Positions 9,109 through 17,691 of a stretch of 64,000 bases of DNA are shown piece after piece; positions within the stretch are counted from its first letter, which is position 1, and the number at the start of each line of letters is the position of its first letter. The notes under the pieces were generated by a model that searched no databases, was not told where the DNA came from, and saw nothing but the letters and a program-made list of their open reading frames with translations. Source of the DNA: Methanomassiliicoccaceae archaeon. Lineage in GTDB: Archaea > Thermoplasmatota > Thermoplasmata > Methanomassiliicoccales > Methanomassiliicoccaceae. Both the position numbers and the translations under genes were made by a program. The stretch is taken from positions 576,001-640,000 of the forward strand of contig JAXGZN010000001.1 of assembly GCA_040776945.1 (NCBI GenBank), read 5' to 3'.

Positions 9109-9261
9109 CGCCTGGTCCGGTCCTGAACCGCTCCCTTTGGTCGTAGGCGCATCAACCTCCCGTGGGTTGAAAAGACTTTCTGACGGATCGTTGGAAGCAA
9201 GGGGGTGTTGGACAGTGGGGCGGTGGAAGTGAGCAGGGGCCGATCGTGGCGGGTGCTTCAC

Positions 9262-9375
9262 ATGGTTCACAAGCCTTCACATCGGAGGATGTGATGACGT
9301 TTTGGGACCATCCAGCATCTCATCGATCACTCATCATCACATCATCACATAAAAAGATAAGAGAAGTGTTGTGAA
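9262..9375. repeat. Cluster of short (T/A)TCACA / TGTGA repeats, iteron-like
   Basis: TTCACAT, TTCACAA, TTCACAT, ATGTGA, ATCACAT twice and TTGTGAA within about 115 bp. Confidence 0.5.
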
Positions 9376-9554
9376 GGGACTTACGCCTCCCTAATCTCTT
9401 GCAGGGCGTCCGCTGACCGGACGATGATCAGCCTTCCGCTTGAGATCTCATCGCGGAGCCTTTGGTTCGCGACAGCTTGACGACGAATGTTCTCGTAAAG
9501 GGTTTCTATTTTTTTGTCAATATTTCTGTTGGCCAGACGGCCTCGCAAGGCCCT

Positions 9555-9572
9555 AATCCGGCTGAGCCCACT
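9555..9572 (+). repeat. attR, AATCCGGCTGAGCCCACT
   Basis: Exact copy of 6505-6522, followed by the pyrimidine tract TTCCTTGTCTCT expected downstream of the original tRNA. Confidence 0.92.
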
Positions 9573-9820
9573 TTCCTTGTCTCTGACTCCTCTGTCCCAT
9601 GCCTCCAGCAAGTTATCTCATGCGGGACAGGCGATCTCTTGTTCTTCCTTCCTGGCGTGGCCCGTCATGAGGTCCATGACCGTGGTCGTTGACCCTCTTT
9701 ACAGCTCACTGCCAATGCAGCGCGTCGCTGGACAATGTCACATAGAGCTTGCCGCCCTCAGATGAGGCGAAAGGATCTCTTTTCACCTTACGTGGGATGT
9801 TGCCTCTGGGACCGGATCGC

Positions 9821-10636
9821 CTAATGGCCCCAGGTGATGACCGCCAGGACCTTTCTTCCCTTCCTATGGAAGAGGCCGTTCTCGCTGCGATCCAGTATAT
9901 GGTCCTTGACGATGGTCCGTTTTTCCTCGTTCATCTCGGTGAATATCTCGAAATAGGCCTGATAATTGGATATCACCACGTCGGCACGCGCGGCCGTGTT
10001 GAAATCGGCAGAGACATGCTTCAGGTCGGGCCGCAGCCCTCTCTCCATCAGTATGTTGAGGGGGAACCTCACGTCGTAGGCGTTGGATGGGCGGAACTCT
10101 CCCACCACCTTTTGCCAGAGTTCGTTCCTGGTCCTCATCTCCTCTCCCAGTGCGGCGGTGATGTAGCAGCAGTCCCTCCTGGACACGGAGAGCATTCTCA
10201 GTAGGGCCTTGGCATCGCGCACCGCGGGGGACAGCACACAGACCACCAGGTCGGAATCGCTTCCATCCATATCCTCCCATCTGCCTACTGTGCCCCTCAC
10301 GTTCTTGAGCCCCTGAGCGGACGCCCTTCTGTTCAGCTCCTCGATCATTCCCGGGGCCGAGTCCAGGCCGACCACAAGACGGGCCCTCTGGGCAAGAGGG
10401 ATGGTATATGTGCCTGGCCCGCACCCGATATCGAGCACTGCATCGGTCGTGCGCAGCCTCCCTTCTCGGACAAGATGATCGACGACCGCTTCGTACAGGG
10501 CCCTATCGGCCTCCACATCGCGGCCGTACTGCTCTGCGCAGATGCTCCAATATCGCTCCCATTTGGCCTCGTTCTCCGTCGTGACCTTCAGGGGCGACGC
10601 CTCATGCGCCTTGGACCATTCCTCCTCCCATGACAT
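9821..10636 (-). CDS. Class I SAM-dependent methyltransferase
   Basis: VLDIGCGPG, VGLDSAPGM, GRWED. Confidence 0.88.
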   Translation of the reverse strand: MSWEEEWSKAHEASPLKVTTENEAKWERYWSICAEQYGRDVEADRALYEAVVDHLVREGRLRTTDAVLDIGCGPGTYTIPLAQRARLVVGLDSAPGMIEELNRRASAQGLKNVRGTVGRWEDMDGSDSDLVVCVLSPAVRDAKALLRMLSVSRRDCCYITAALGEEMRTRNELWQKVVGEFRPSNAYDVRFPLNILMERGLRPDLKHVSADFNTAARADVVISNYQAYFEIFTEMNEEKRTIVKDHILDRSENGLFHRKGRKVLAVITWGH

Positions 10637-10748
10637 TGCCGCGCCTGCCAAAATCATACCCTCCCTTGCTCTCGTTTTACGACGTGGCACTTGCCTGTGT
10701 CCATGAGCGGGGCGGCCCTCCGCGGGCGCTCCCCGCCGCGGCGGACGT

Positions 10749-11510
10749 TCATATTATAAGCACTCTCTCCCGGCCATGGAGGCGGTCTATCACTGAATCG
10801 ACCCCGTATGCCATCCTGATGTTGTCAGGGGTGAGCACGTCGCCCTTGCTGCCGGCCGCGAGGACCTTCCCATCATGCAGGAGCACGACCTTATCACAGA
10901 ACCTCATGGCCAGATCAAGGTCGTGGACCACGGCGCAAGCCCCGATGTCCTTGGTCCTAACCTGATCCAGGATCGTGCTCATCACATCGATCTGGTATTT
11001 GACGTCCAGGTTGCTCGTAGGTTCGTCCAGGAGCAGCATCTTTACCTCCTGGGCTATTGCCCGGGCCATAAGGACCCTCTGCGCCTGGCCGCTGCTCAGC
11101 TGGTCGAACCGGTGAGAGGACAGCCCTTTTATGTCCATCTCCTCCATCGCCTGCCATGCGATCTCCCTGTCCTCTTCCCCGAACTCCCATGTCACATGAG
11201 GCCTCCTTCCCATGAGGACGACCTCGTATACTGTGGGGGTGCATGCCTCGCTCGTATGATGCTGAGGGACGTACCCGACCCTCCGGGACAGCTCGGTCCT
11301 GCTCATGTCCCGTATGTCCGCCCCGTCCAGAGCTACGCGCCCCTGCTTTGGCGTGAGGATCCGGTTGATGCACCTCAATAGCGTGGTCTTCCCTGAGCCA
11401 TTGGGGCCGAGGATGCCCAGGATCTCCCCGGGAGCGGCATCCAAGCAGACGTCCTTCAGGATCATAGAGCTGCCGTAGGAGAAAACAACATTGTCGATCC
11501 TCAAACGCAT
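10749..11510 (-). CDS. FecE/BtuD-type ABC transporter ATP-binding protein
   Basis: GPNGSGKT, YVPQ, LSSGQ, LLLDEPT, HDL. Confidence 0.93.
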   Translation of the reverse strand: MRLRIDNVVFSYGSSMILKDVCLDAAPGEILGILGPNGSGKTTLLRCINRILTPKQGRVALDGADIRDMSRTELSRRVGYVPQHHTSEACTPTVYEVVLMGRRPHVTWEFGEEDREIAWQAMEEMDIKGLSSHRFDQLSSGQAQRVLMARAIAQEVKMLLLDEPTSNLDVKYQIDVMSTILDQVRTKDIGACAVVHDLDLAMRFCDKVVLLHDGKVLAAGSKGDVLTPDNIRMAYGVDSVIDRLHGRERVLII

Positions 11511-11773
11511 GAGGGTGAAAAGCACGTGTCCTAATATATTACCTTTTCGCTTTTTCATAGAATGGATCATGCAAGAGGAGCCGTGTCCTCGCCATGACCG
11601 TTGCTTGATCTAAATATTGCCTGATGCGCATCATCCGGCATGCCCCAACGATAACTGGATATCACGCTGTTTACAATTGGGCGAAGCGATTTTCTAAGCA
11701 GGGGGCCATGAATCGCAACGGCATGGACGCCTAATTCTTTAGGTTTTCAATTGTTCAACTTCAGGCAAAATAT

Positions 11774-11798
11774 TAATACGAACTATGGATTCGTGTTA
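11774..11798. promoter_or_regulatory. Operator-like inverted repeat TAATACGAA-N7-TTCGTGTTA overlapping the TATA box of the binding-protein gene
   Basis: 8 of 9 arm positions pair; lies over TATTAATA (11771-11778) and just before ATG 11802. Confidence 0.55.
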
Positions 11799-11801
11799 TT
11801 C

Positions 11802-13235
11802 ATGAACAGGGGGATAATCGCGATAGCCGTCGCCGGCCTGCTCATCACGGCCGGCGTTATCGGAGTGTTTTTCTTGACGCAGAAGAGCGCCAAGGGGGAA
11901 GTGAACCTGACCTCCAGGGCCCTGGAGGTATATGGCAATGCAGACGGGGACTCGGACGTGGACGAAAATGACGCTAAGCTGGTGGAAAGGTACATCAGCG
12001 CCTTGTCCACCAAGAACAGCTCCGAGATGGAAAAGTTTGTGGCCGATAATAACTTCAACACCAAGCTCGCCGATGCCAATAATGATGGCGTCATCAACAG
12101 CCAGGACGTGGCCCAGATAAGGGCCGTCGTGAACAGGCAGGCAGAAAGGCTATGGCTGGTGGACGGCTCCGGAGCTGACAGGAGCGTGAGGCTGAACATC
12201 CAGAGGATCGGGGCCGAGTATTACGCCAACACCGAGCTCTGTCTTATCCTGGGGCTCGCGGACAAGATCGTGGCGGTGGACAATGCTCCGTACCTGTACA
12301 AGGACTTCTACTTCACCCCCGCACAGCAGGCTAACATCACCAATCTTGTCAACATGAACACTCCTGACTATCCGTTCGTTAACGAATTGGACCTCGATAT
12401 CCTGCTGACGTTCTACAACACCAGCTACGACGTCAAGCAGGAGAAGATCATAGGGACCGATGTGATCTACCTCGGATTGTACAACCCTGACATGTCCAAC
12501 GCCGAAGGCTCTAACTTCATTCAAGGCATTCTCAAGGCCGGCTATATCTTCGGGGCCGTGGACCGCGCGGAGGAGTACGCGTCATGGGTCCTGGAGACAA
12601 GGGACAAGCTGGCAGACATCGCGAAGACCATTCCCGAGGCCGAGAAGCCAACAGTGCTTATGAGCAATTACCCGAACTCCTACTTCATCAGCCCGGACAC
12701 CAAGACCGCGACGGTCTATTGTTATACCGACCCCCTTGGGCAGGCATGCCTGCTGGGCGGAGGGAAGAACATCGGCCAGTCGCTCTATGGGGACGAGTAT
12801 GCCAAGAGCCTCTCCAAGGTCTCCCAGGTGGACGCCCTTTTCAACGATGATAACTTGACCGCCATCGATCACATCTTCCTTCACATGGTGAAGTACACCT
12901 ACGGCGGAACTGTCGTCGCCGGCGTACCCGACCATGGATATCTTGCCCAGAACGAGGATGAGATCGCAACGGCATGGCAGAACGCGGTCTCGAGCGATCA
13001 CACCCTGCTCGTGGACATGGACCCGAACGACGTTCGCCTCATTGCAGGGGACTTCAGGAACGGACCTACAGGAGCAGTGCTGCTGGGCGCATACATAGGG
13101 AAGATAATCAACCCAAGCTACTACAGCGACATAGATCCGGCGGCCATCCACAACCACTATATCAATCACTTCCTGGGGATCGCCGACTATGACGTGAAGA
13201 CCGATGGTGTGTTCATGTACCACCTGGACGCCTGA
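11802..13235 (+). CDS. Metal-chelate/corrinoid ABC substrate-binding protein with an N-terminal dockerin-like Ca-binding repeat
   Basis: N-terminal TM anchor; YGNADGDSDVDENDA and ADANNDGVINSQDV; LGLADKIVAVD; GGKNI. Confidence 0.82.
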   Translation: MNRGIIAIAVAGLLITAGVIGVFFLTQKSAKGEVNLTSRALEVYGNADGDSDVDENDAKLVERYISALSTKNSSEMEKFVADNNFNTKLADANNDGVINSQDVAQIRAVVNRQAERLWLVDGSGADRSVRLNIQRIGAEYYANTELCLILGLADKIVAVDNAPYLYKDFYFTPAQQANITNLVNMNTPDYPFVNELDLDILLTFYNTSYDVKQEKIIGTDVIYLGLYNPDMSNAEGSNFIQGILKAGYIFGAVDRAEEYASWVLETRDKLADIAKTIPEAEKPTVLMSNYPNSYFISPDTKTATVYCYTDPLGQACLLGGGKNIGQSLYGDEYAKSLSKVSQVDALFNDDNLTAIDHIFLHMVKYTYGGTVVAGVPDHGYLAQNEDEIATAWQNAVSSDHTLLVDMDPNDVRLIAGDFRNGPTGAVLLGAYIGKIINPSYYSDIDPAAIHNHYINHFLGIADYDVKTDGVFMYHLDA

Positions 13236-13267
13236 GGGGGGTCTCCCCCGCCCACGGAGGACGGGAC

Positions 13268-14050
13268 TTGAGCTGGGCAGACAAATGGAACACCTCCATC
13301 AAGATGACGTCACGGGAGAGGCTCAACTCAGGCCCCTTCTGGGACGGCCGCGCCGACCGGGACAGGTCTTGCCCGTTCTCCAGGAAGCTCACCGATGACC
13401 AGATGGCGGCGATAGCGCCCCTGCCCCATCACCGCCTGCTGGAGATCGGTCCAGGGAACGGAAGGCTGGCCATCAGCATGGCCCGTGCCTCATCGAGCGT
13501 CACCCTGGTGGACCCTTCACCGGTCATGCTTCAGGCGCTGGACGAGCGGGCCAAGGCCGAGGGCGTGGGCAACCTGACGGCCATAAACGACTACTGGGAG
13601 AGAGTGGACCTGGAGGCCATCGGGACGTTCGACAAGGCGGTGTCATCCTACTCCTTGTTCATGATGGACATAGGGCCGCAGCTGCGCCGGATGAGCTCGG
13701 TGGCCGATGAGGTGTTCCTGTTCGTTCCCGCTGAAATAAGGATACCTTTCGACGTCCAGAGGATGATGTTCGGCGATGTGGTCGTCGAGCATACGGACCA
13801 TGAGATACTGACCAACATCGCCGAGGACCTGGGATTGGAGCCTGTCGTGTGGACCATGGAATATCCGGGGAGGCCGGGCTTCGATAGCATCGACGAGGCC
13901 GTGGAGCACTATCTGGACCTCTACGGAGTCCCGGAATCTGGAAAGGGGCCGATCGCGGACCATATTGCATCGACCTTGAGACAAAGAGGCGGAACGTTCG
14001 CCATGAGCGATGAGATGAAGGTTGGGGCAATATGGTGGCAGAGCATCTGA
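13268..14050 (+). CDS. Class I SAM-dependent methyltransferase
   Basis: LLEIGPGNG, LVDPSPVM, WERVD; resembles 9821-10636. Confidence 0.85.
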   Translation: MSWADKWNTSIKMTSRERLNSGPFWDGRADRDRSCPFSRKLTDDQMAAIAPLPHHRLLEIGPGNGRLAISMARASSSVTLVDPSPVMLQALDERAKAEGVGNLTAINDYWERVDLEAIGTFDKAVSSYSLFMMDIGPQLRRMSSVADEVFLFVPAEIRIPFDVQRMMFGDVVVEHTDHEILTNIAEDLGLEPVVWTMEYPGRPGFDSIDEAVEHYLDLYGVPESGKGPIADHIASTLRQRGGTFAMSDEMKVGAIWWQSI

Positions 14051-15129
14051 GGAGCAGGTCCCCCGGCGCTGTCCTTGAAGATCCGGACAGAGAGCGGGTA
14101 AACAAGATCAACGCCAAGAAGGTCACCATCATCATCGTCCTGGGGCTCCTGATGACGCTGCTCATCTCGTACTCCGTTACCATAGGCTCGACCACGATCA
14201 CCCCGCTGCAGGTCTACAAGGTGTTCATTAACCAAGTGGTCCCTGGCCTTTTCGACATTCCCTATAAGACCGAGCAGATCGTCCTTCAGATCTACGCGCC
14301 CCGGGTGCTCATGGCCGCCTTCGTAGGGGGCATCCTGGCGGCCTCCGGATGCATCATCCAGGCGATCATGAAGAACCCCCTGGCCACTCCGTACACCCTA
14401 GGCGTCTCCGGCAGCGCGGCCTTCGGAGCGTCCCTCTCCATCATCATGGGCATCTCCGCGGCGGTAGGGACCCTGGGGACCATCCTCAACTCCTTTCTGT
14501 TCTCCCTCATACCCGCGGGAGTGATCCTGGTCACATTGGGCCGCCGCAACATCATGCCCAGCACCCTGATCCTGGTGGGCATATCCATATCCTACATCTT
14601 TTCCGCGGCCACTACCGTCATGCAGTACTTCGGCGCGGCGGACGCCGTCAAGTCCGCGCTGTTCTGGTCGGTGGGAGACCTCAACAACTCTTCCCTCTGG
14701 CAGGTGCCGTATGTCCTGGCCATGCTGGTGGCGGTGCTGCTGGCCTCGGCGTGGCTGATTAAGGACATCAACATCATGAGGATGGGCGATGAGACCGCCC
14801 TTTCTCTCGGGGTCAGTGTGAAGAACGTTAGGCTGGCGTCCATCCTCATCGCCTGCTTCTCCACGGCGGTGGTGGTCAGCTTCACGGGGGCCATCGGCTT
14901 CGTCTGCCTTCTTGCGCCCCACATCTCCAGGCTGCTGGTGGGCAGCGACCTCAGGTACCTGTTCCCGGCCTCGGCCATCATGGGGGCGATACTGCTGTCG
15001 ACCGCCGACATCATTGCCAAGGACCTCATCAATCCAATTATGCTTCCGGTGGGAGCGATAACCGCCCTCATTGGCGGACCGCTGCTGGTATACCTGCTGC
15101 TCGCGAAAAGGGATGCCATAGTCATCTGA
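14032..15129 (+). CDS. FecCD/BtuC-type ABC permease
   Basis: PRVL, NPLATPYTLGVS, GDETALSLGV, GAIGFVCL.APH, LPVG..TALIGGP. Confidence 0.93.
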   Translation: MVAEHLRSRSPGAVLEDPDRERVNKINAKKVTIIIVLGLLMTLLISYSVTIGSTTITPLQVYKVFINQVVPGLFDIPYKTEQIVLQIYAPRVLMAAFVGGILAASGCIIQAIMKNPLATPYTLGVSGSAAFGASLSIIMGISAAVGTLGTILNSFLFSLIPAGVILVTLGRRNIMPSTLILVGISISYIFSAATTVMQYFGAADAVKSALFWSVGDLNNSSLWQVPYVLAMLVAVLLASAWLIKDINIMRMGDETALSLGVSVKNVRLASILIACFSTAVVVSFTGAIGFVCLLAPHISRLLVGSDLRYLFPASAIMGAILLSTADIIAKDLINPIMLPVGAITALIGGPLLVYLLLAKRDAIVI

Positions 15130-15249
15130 TCCGCCATGCATTCCTTCCGGACGCCATTCCTTGGAGCGGGGCGATGAACGCCCGGTGACGAGGCTGGCGT
15201 TCCGCCCTCTCTCCCATTGAACGACGTGCCGTGCGCCGATGAGCGCGGC

Positions 15250-15483
15250 CTACCTCTGGATGTCCAGCATCTCCTCGAGCCTCTCGCTCATGTACCCGTA
15301 GGCATCGTGGACTCCCCTGTTGTAGAACTCCGGGGCGATCTCCTTGACGATGAAGTCCAGGAGCAGGCCGGCGGCCAGGTCGCCTATGTTCTCGTTCCTC
15401 TCCCTGTCGAAGTAGTGCTTGATCTTGGAGACCATGGCCTCTTTCTTCTCCCTGCTCAGCACGAGCTTCTCGTCCTTCCTCAT
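15250..15483 (-). CDS. DUF2164-family protein
   Basis: IKHYF..E..E.IGDLAA.LLLDF..KEI.P.FYNRGV.DA. Confidence 0.85.
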   Translation of the reverse strand: MRKDEKLVLSREKKEAMVSKIKHYFDRERNENIGDLAAGLLLDFIVKEIAPEFYNRGVHDAYGYMSERLEEMLDIQR

Positions 15484-15714
15484 CGCCCCCCAATCCCGCT
15501 AGGTGCTCTTGATGGTGGCGGCCCCTCAGGGTTGCCGCAGAAACGGTTCGGCGACCGGCGACGCTAGCCAGTTCCGGCCGGCGTTAGAGATGCGCAAGGA
15601 CCGTCGCTGCCTCGATGAACGACCCGGCCGGCGGCCTAATAGAGCCTGACAGAGCGTCCAACGCATAGGCGGTCCGCCTCGCCATATGATATTAACCGCC
15701 GCCGAGAAGGGGCG

Positions 15715-16353
15715 TCACTTATCGCAGGCCGACCTCGTCCTCTGCCTCCACTGGTTGCGCAGCACGTAGGCGATGAAGGCGATGATCACGCCGCCGACGA
15801 TGACCAGGTCCCATCCGTCCAGGCTCTCGGCGAACTGGATCCAGTACTCTCCGAGGAAGTATCCCGCGGTAACCAGCACGGTGTTCCATATGGTGGCCCC
15901 GAAGAAGGTGAACAGGGCGAACCTCCTGATGTCCATGATGGCGATGCCTGCCGGGAAGGAGATGATGGAACGAATGCCGGGCACGGCGTGGCCGATCAGT
16001 ATGCCGTAGTTGCCCCACTTGACGAACCAGGCGTCGGCCTTGCACAGGTCCTCCTTCCCAAGGCCGATGAACCTTCCGTACCTCTCGATGAACGGCCTTC
16101 CAAGCTTCTTTCCCACGAGGTAGGCGATGGTGGAGCCACCCGCCGCTCCCACCGAACCCACAATGATGACCAGCACGAAGTTCAGCTCCCCGGTTGAGGC
16201 CAGGTAGCCGGCGAAGGGCATGATCAGCTCGCTTGGTATAGGGGTGAAGATGCCTTCCACGAACATCGCCAGGAATATCCCGAGGTATCCTGACGAACTG
16301 ATTAGGGCAAGTATCCATTCATTAATCATCTCGATCAGATTCATCGGTAGCAC
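15715..16353 (-). CDS. DedA-family membrane protein
   Basis: PIPSELIMPFAG, G..IAY.VG, PGIRSIISFPAG. Confidence 0.92.
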   Translation of the reverse strand: MLPMNLIEMINEWILALISSSGYLGIFLAMFVEGIFTPIPSELIMPFAGYLASTGELNFVLVIIVGSVGAAGGSTIAYLVGKKLGRPFIERYGRFIGLGKEDLCKADAWFVKWGNYGILIGHAVPGIRSIISFPAGIAIMDIRRFALFTFFGATIWNTVLVTAGYFLGEYWIQFAESLDGWDLVIVGGVIIAFIAYVLRNQWRQRTRSACDK

Positions 16354-16452
16354 CCCGGGCCCTGCTCTCTAAATGACGAACGCATAAAGATGTTTCGCCC
16401 CGGAGGCGGTCGCAATCCTCTTGAACCAGGTGCCCCTTACTCTCTCGTTCCT

Positions 16453-17658
16453 ATGGTCGATTTCCGTCCCTTCCGCGGCGTCCTGCCGCACCTGAGCAAG
16501 GGCGAGGACATCGCTGATCGCGTCTCCCCTCCGTACGACATCATCACCCCGGAGGAGCGGGCCAAGCTGCAGTCCAAGCCGTACAATATCACCAAGATCA
16601 CACTGGGCGCGGTGGACGGCCGATATGAGGAGGCGGCCCGCCTGCTCGATTCCTGGCTCTCGTCCTCGAAGCTCGTGCAGGACAAGGAAGATTGCTACTA
16701 CCTCTACCGCCAGGGGTTCAAGGACGGGGATCGATGGCTCGCTCGCACCGGCATCATCGGCATCCTTCGCTCGGAGGGCTACGAGGCAGGGAACGTCATT
16801 CCTCATGAGGAGACGTTCCCCAAGGTGAAGGAGGACCGGCTGAACCTCCTGCGGGCGACGAGCGCCCACTGCGAATCGATCTTCGGGCTCTATGACCGCT
16901 CGGACCTGGACCTGGACGCTGTGGAGAAGAGCTCCACCAAGCTGTACGAGTGCGCCGATGCTTCAGGCACCAGACACCAGTTGTTCCGCGTGGCCGACCG
17001 CGCCGCGGTGGACGCGATACGAAGCATGATGGCCTCCAAGAAGGTCCTCATCGCCGACGGCCACCACCGATACGAGACCTCGCACAAGTACGCTCTGGAG
17101 AACCCGGGGGACCCTGGGAAGGGCTACGTGCTGTGCACCATGGTGTCGTCCCAGGACTCCGGCATGTTCGTGAGGCCGACCCACCGCCTCATCCGCAACC
17201 TCAGGGTCAAGGAGAACGAGCTGCTGGAGGCCATGTCCAAGCACTTCTCCGTCCGCCAGGTCAAGGACGCGGCCGCGGCCGAGGCGATGATGGGCCGGGC
17301 GACCGCGCCGACCTTCGGGCTGCTGTTCCCCGGGGGCAGGGTGGTGGTGGCGGAGTTCTCCGCGCCGGCCGGTGACATCCTGTGGTCGGTGGACACCTAC
17401 GTGTGCCAGGAGGTCATCCTGAAAGGCATCCTGTACGCGATGCCCAAGGGCAACGAGCTGGAGATCGAGTATGATCATGATGCTTCGTCGGTGGAGAGGA
17501 AGGTCCGCTCCGGGAAAGGGGACCTCGCCATCCTGGTCCGTGCCCCGACGCTGGACATGACCTGGAAGTTGGCACAGGGCGGCCGAAAGATGCCGAAGAA
17601 GACCACCTATTTCTGGCCCAAGATCTGGTCGGGGTTCGTGCTCTACAGGATGAAATGA
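16453..17658 (+). CDS. DUF1015-family protein
   Basis: FRPFRG, SPPYDII, PHEET, IADGHHRY, MPKKTTYFWPK. Confidence 0.9.
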   Translation: MVDFRPFRGVLPHLSKGEDIADRVSPPYDIITPEERAKLQSKPYNITKITLGAVDGRYEEAARLLDSWLSSSKLVQDKEDCYYLYRQGFKDGDRWLARTGIIGILRSEGYEAGNVIPHEETFPKVKEDRLNLLRATSAHCESIFGLYDRSDLDLDAVEKSSTKLYECADASGTRHQLFRVADRAAVDAIRSMMASKKVLIADGHHRYETSHKYALENPGDPGKGYVLCTMVSSQDSGMFVRPTHRLIRNLRVKENELLEAMSKHFSVRQVKDAAAAEAMMGRATAPTFGLLFPGGRVVVAEFSAPAGDILWSVDTYVCQEVILKGILYAMPKGNELEIEYDHDASSVERKVRSGKGDLAILVRAPTLDMTWKLAQGGRKMPKKTTYFWPKIWSGFVLYRMK

Positions 17659-17691
17659 GCCTTCTCCGCGACCGGTCCGGAAGCGCAAGGG

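Larger units (their letters stand above)
6505..9572. mobile_element. Minimal tRNA-Val integrative element (~3.07 kb)
   Basis: Bounded by an exact 18-bp direct repeat of the tRNA 3' end; tyrosine integrase next to attL. Confidence 0.88.

Noticed and set aside
9381-9611. 76-aa minus-strand ORF spanning attR, considered as an SSV1-type split integrase fragment
   Set aside because: The integrase is complete and stops about 55 bp before attL. Joining the ends in silico does not put this ORF in frame with it. It may be a gene remnant or a chance ORF.
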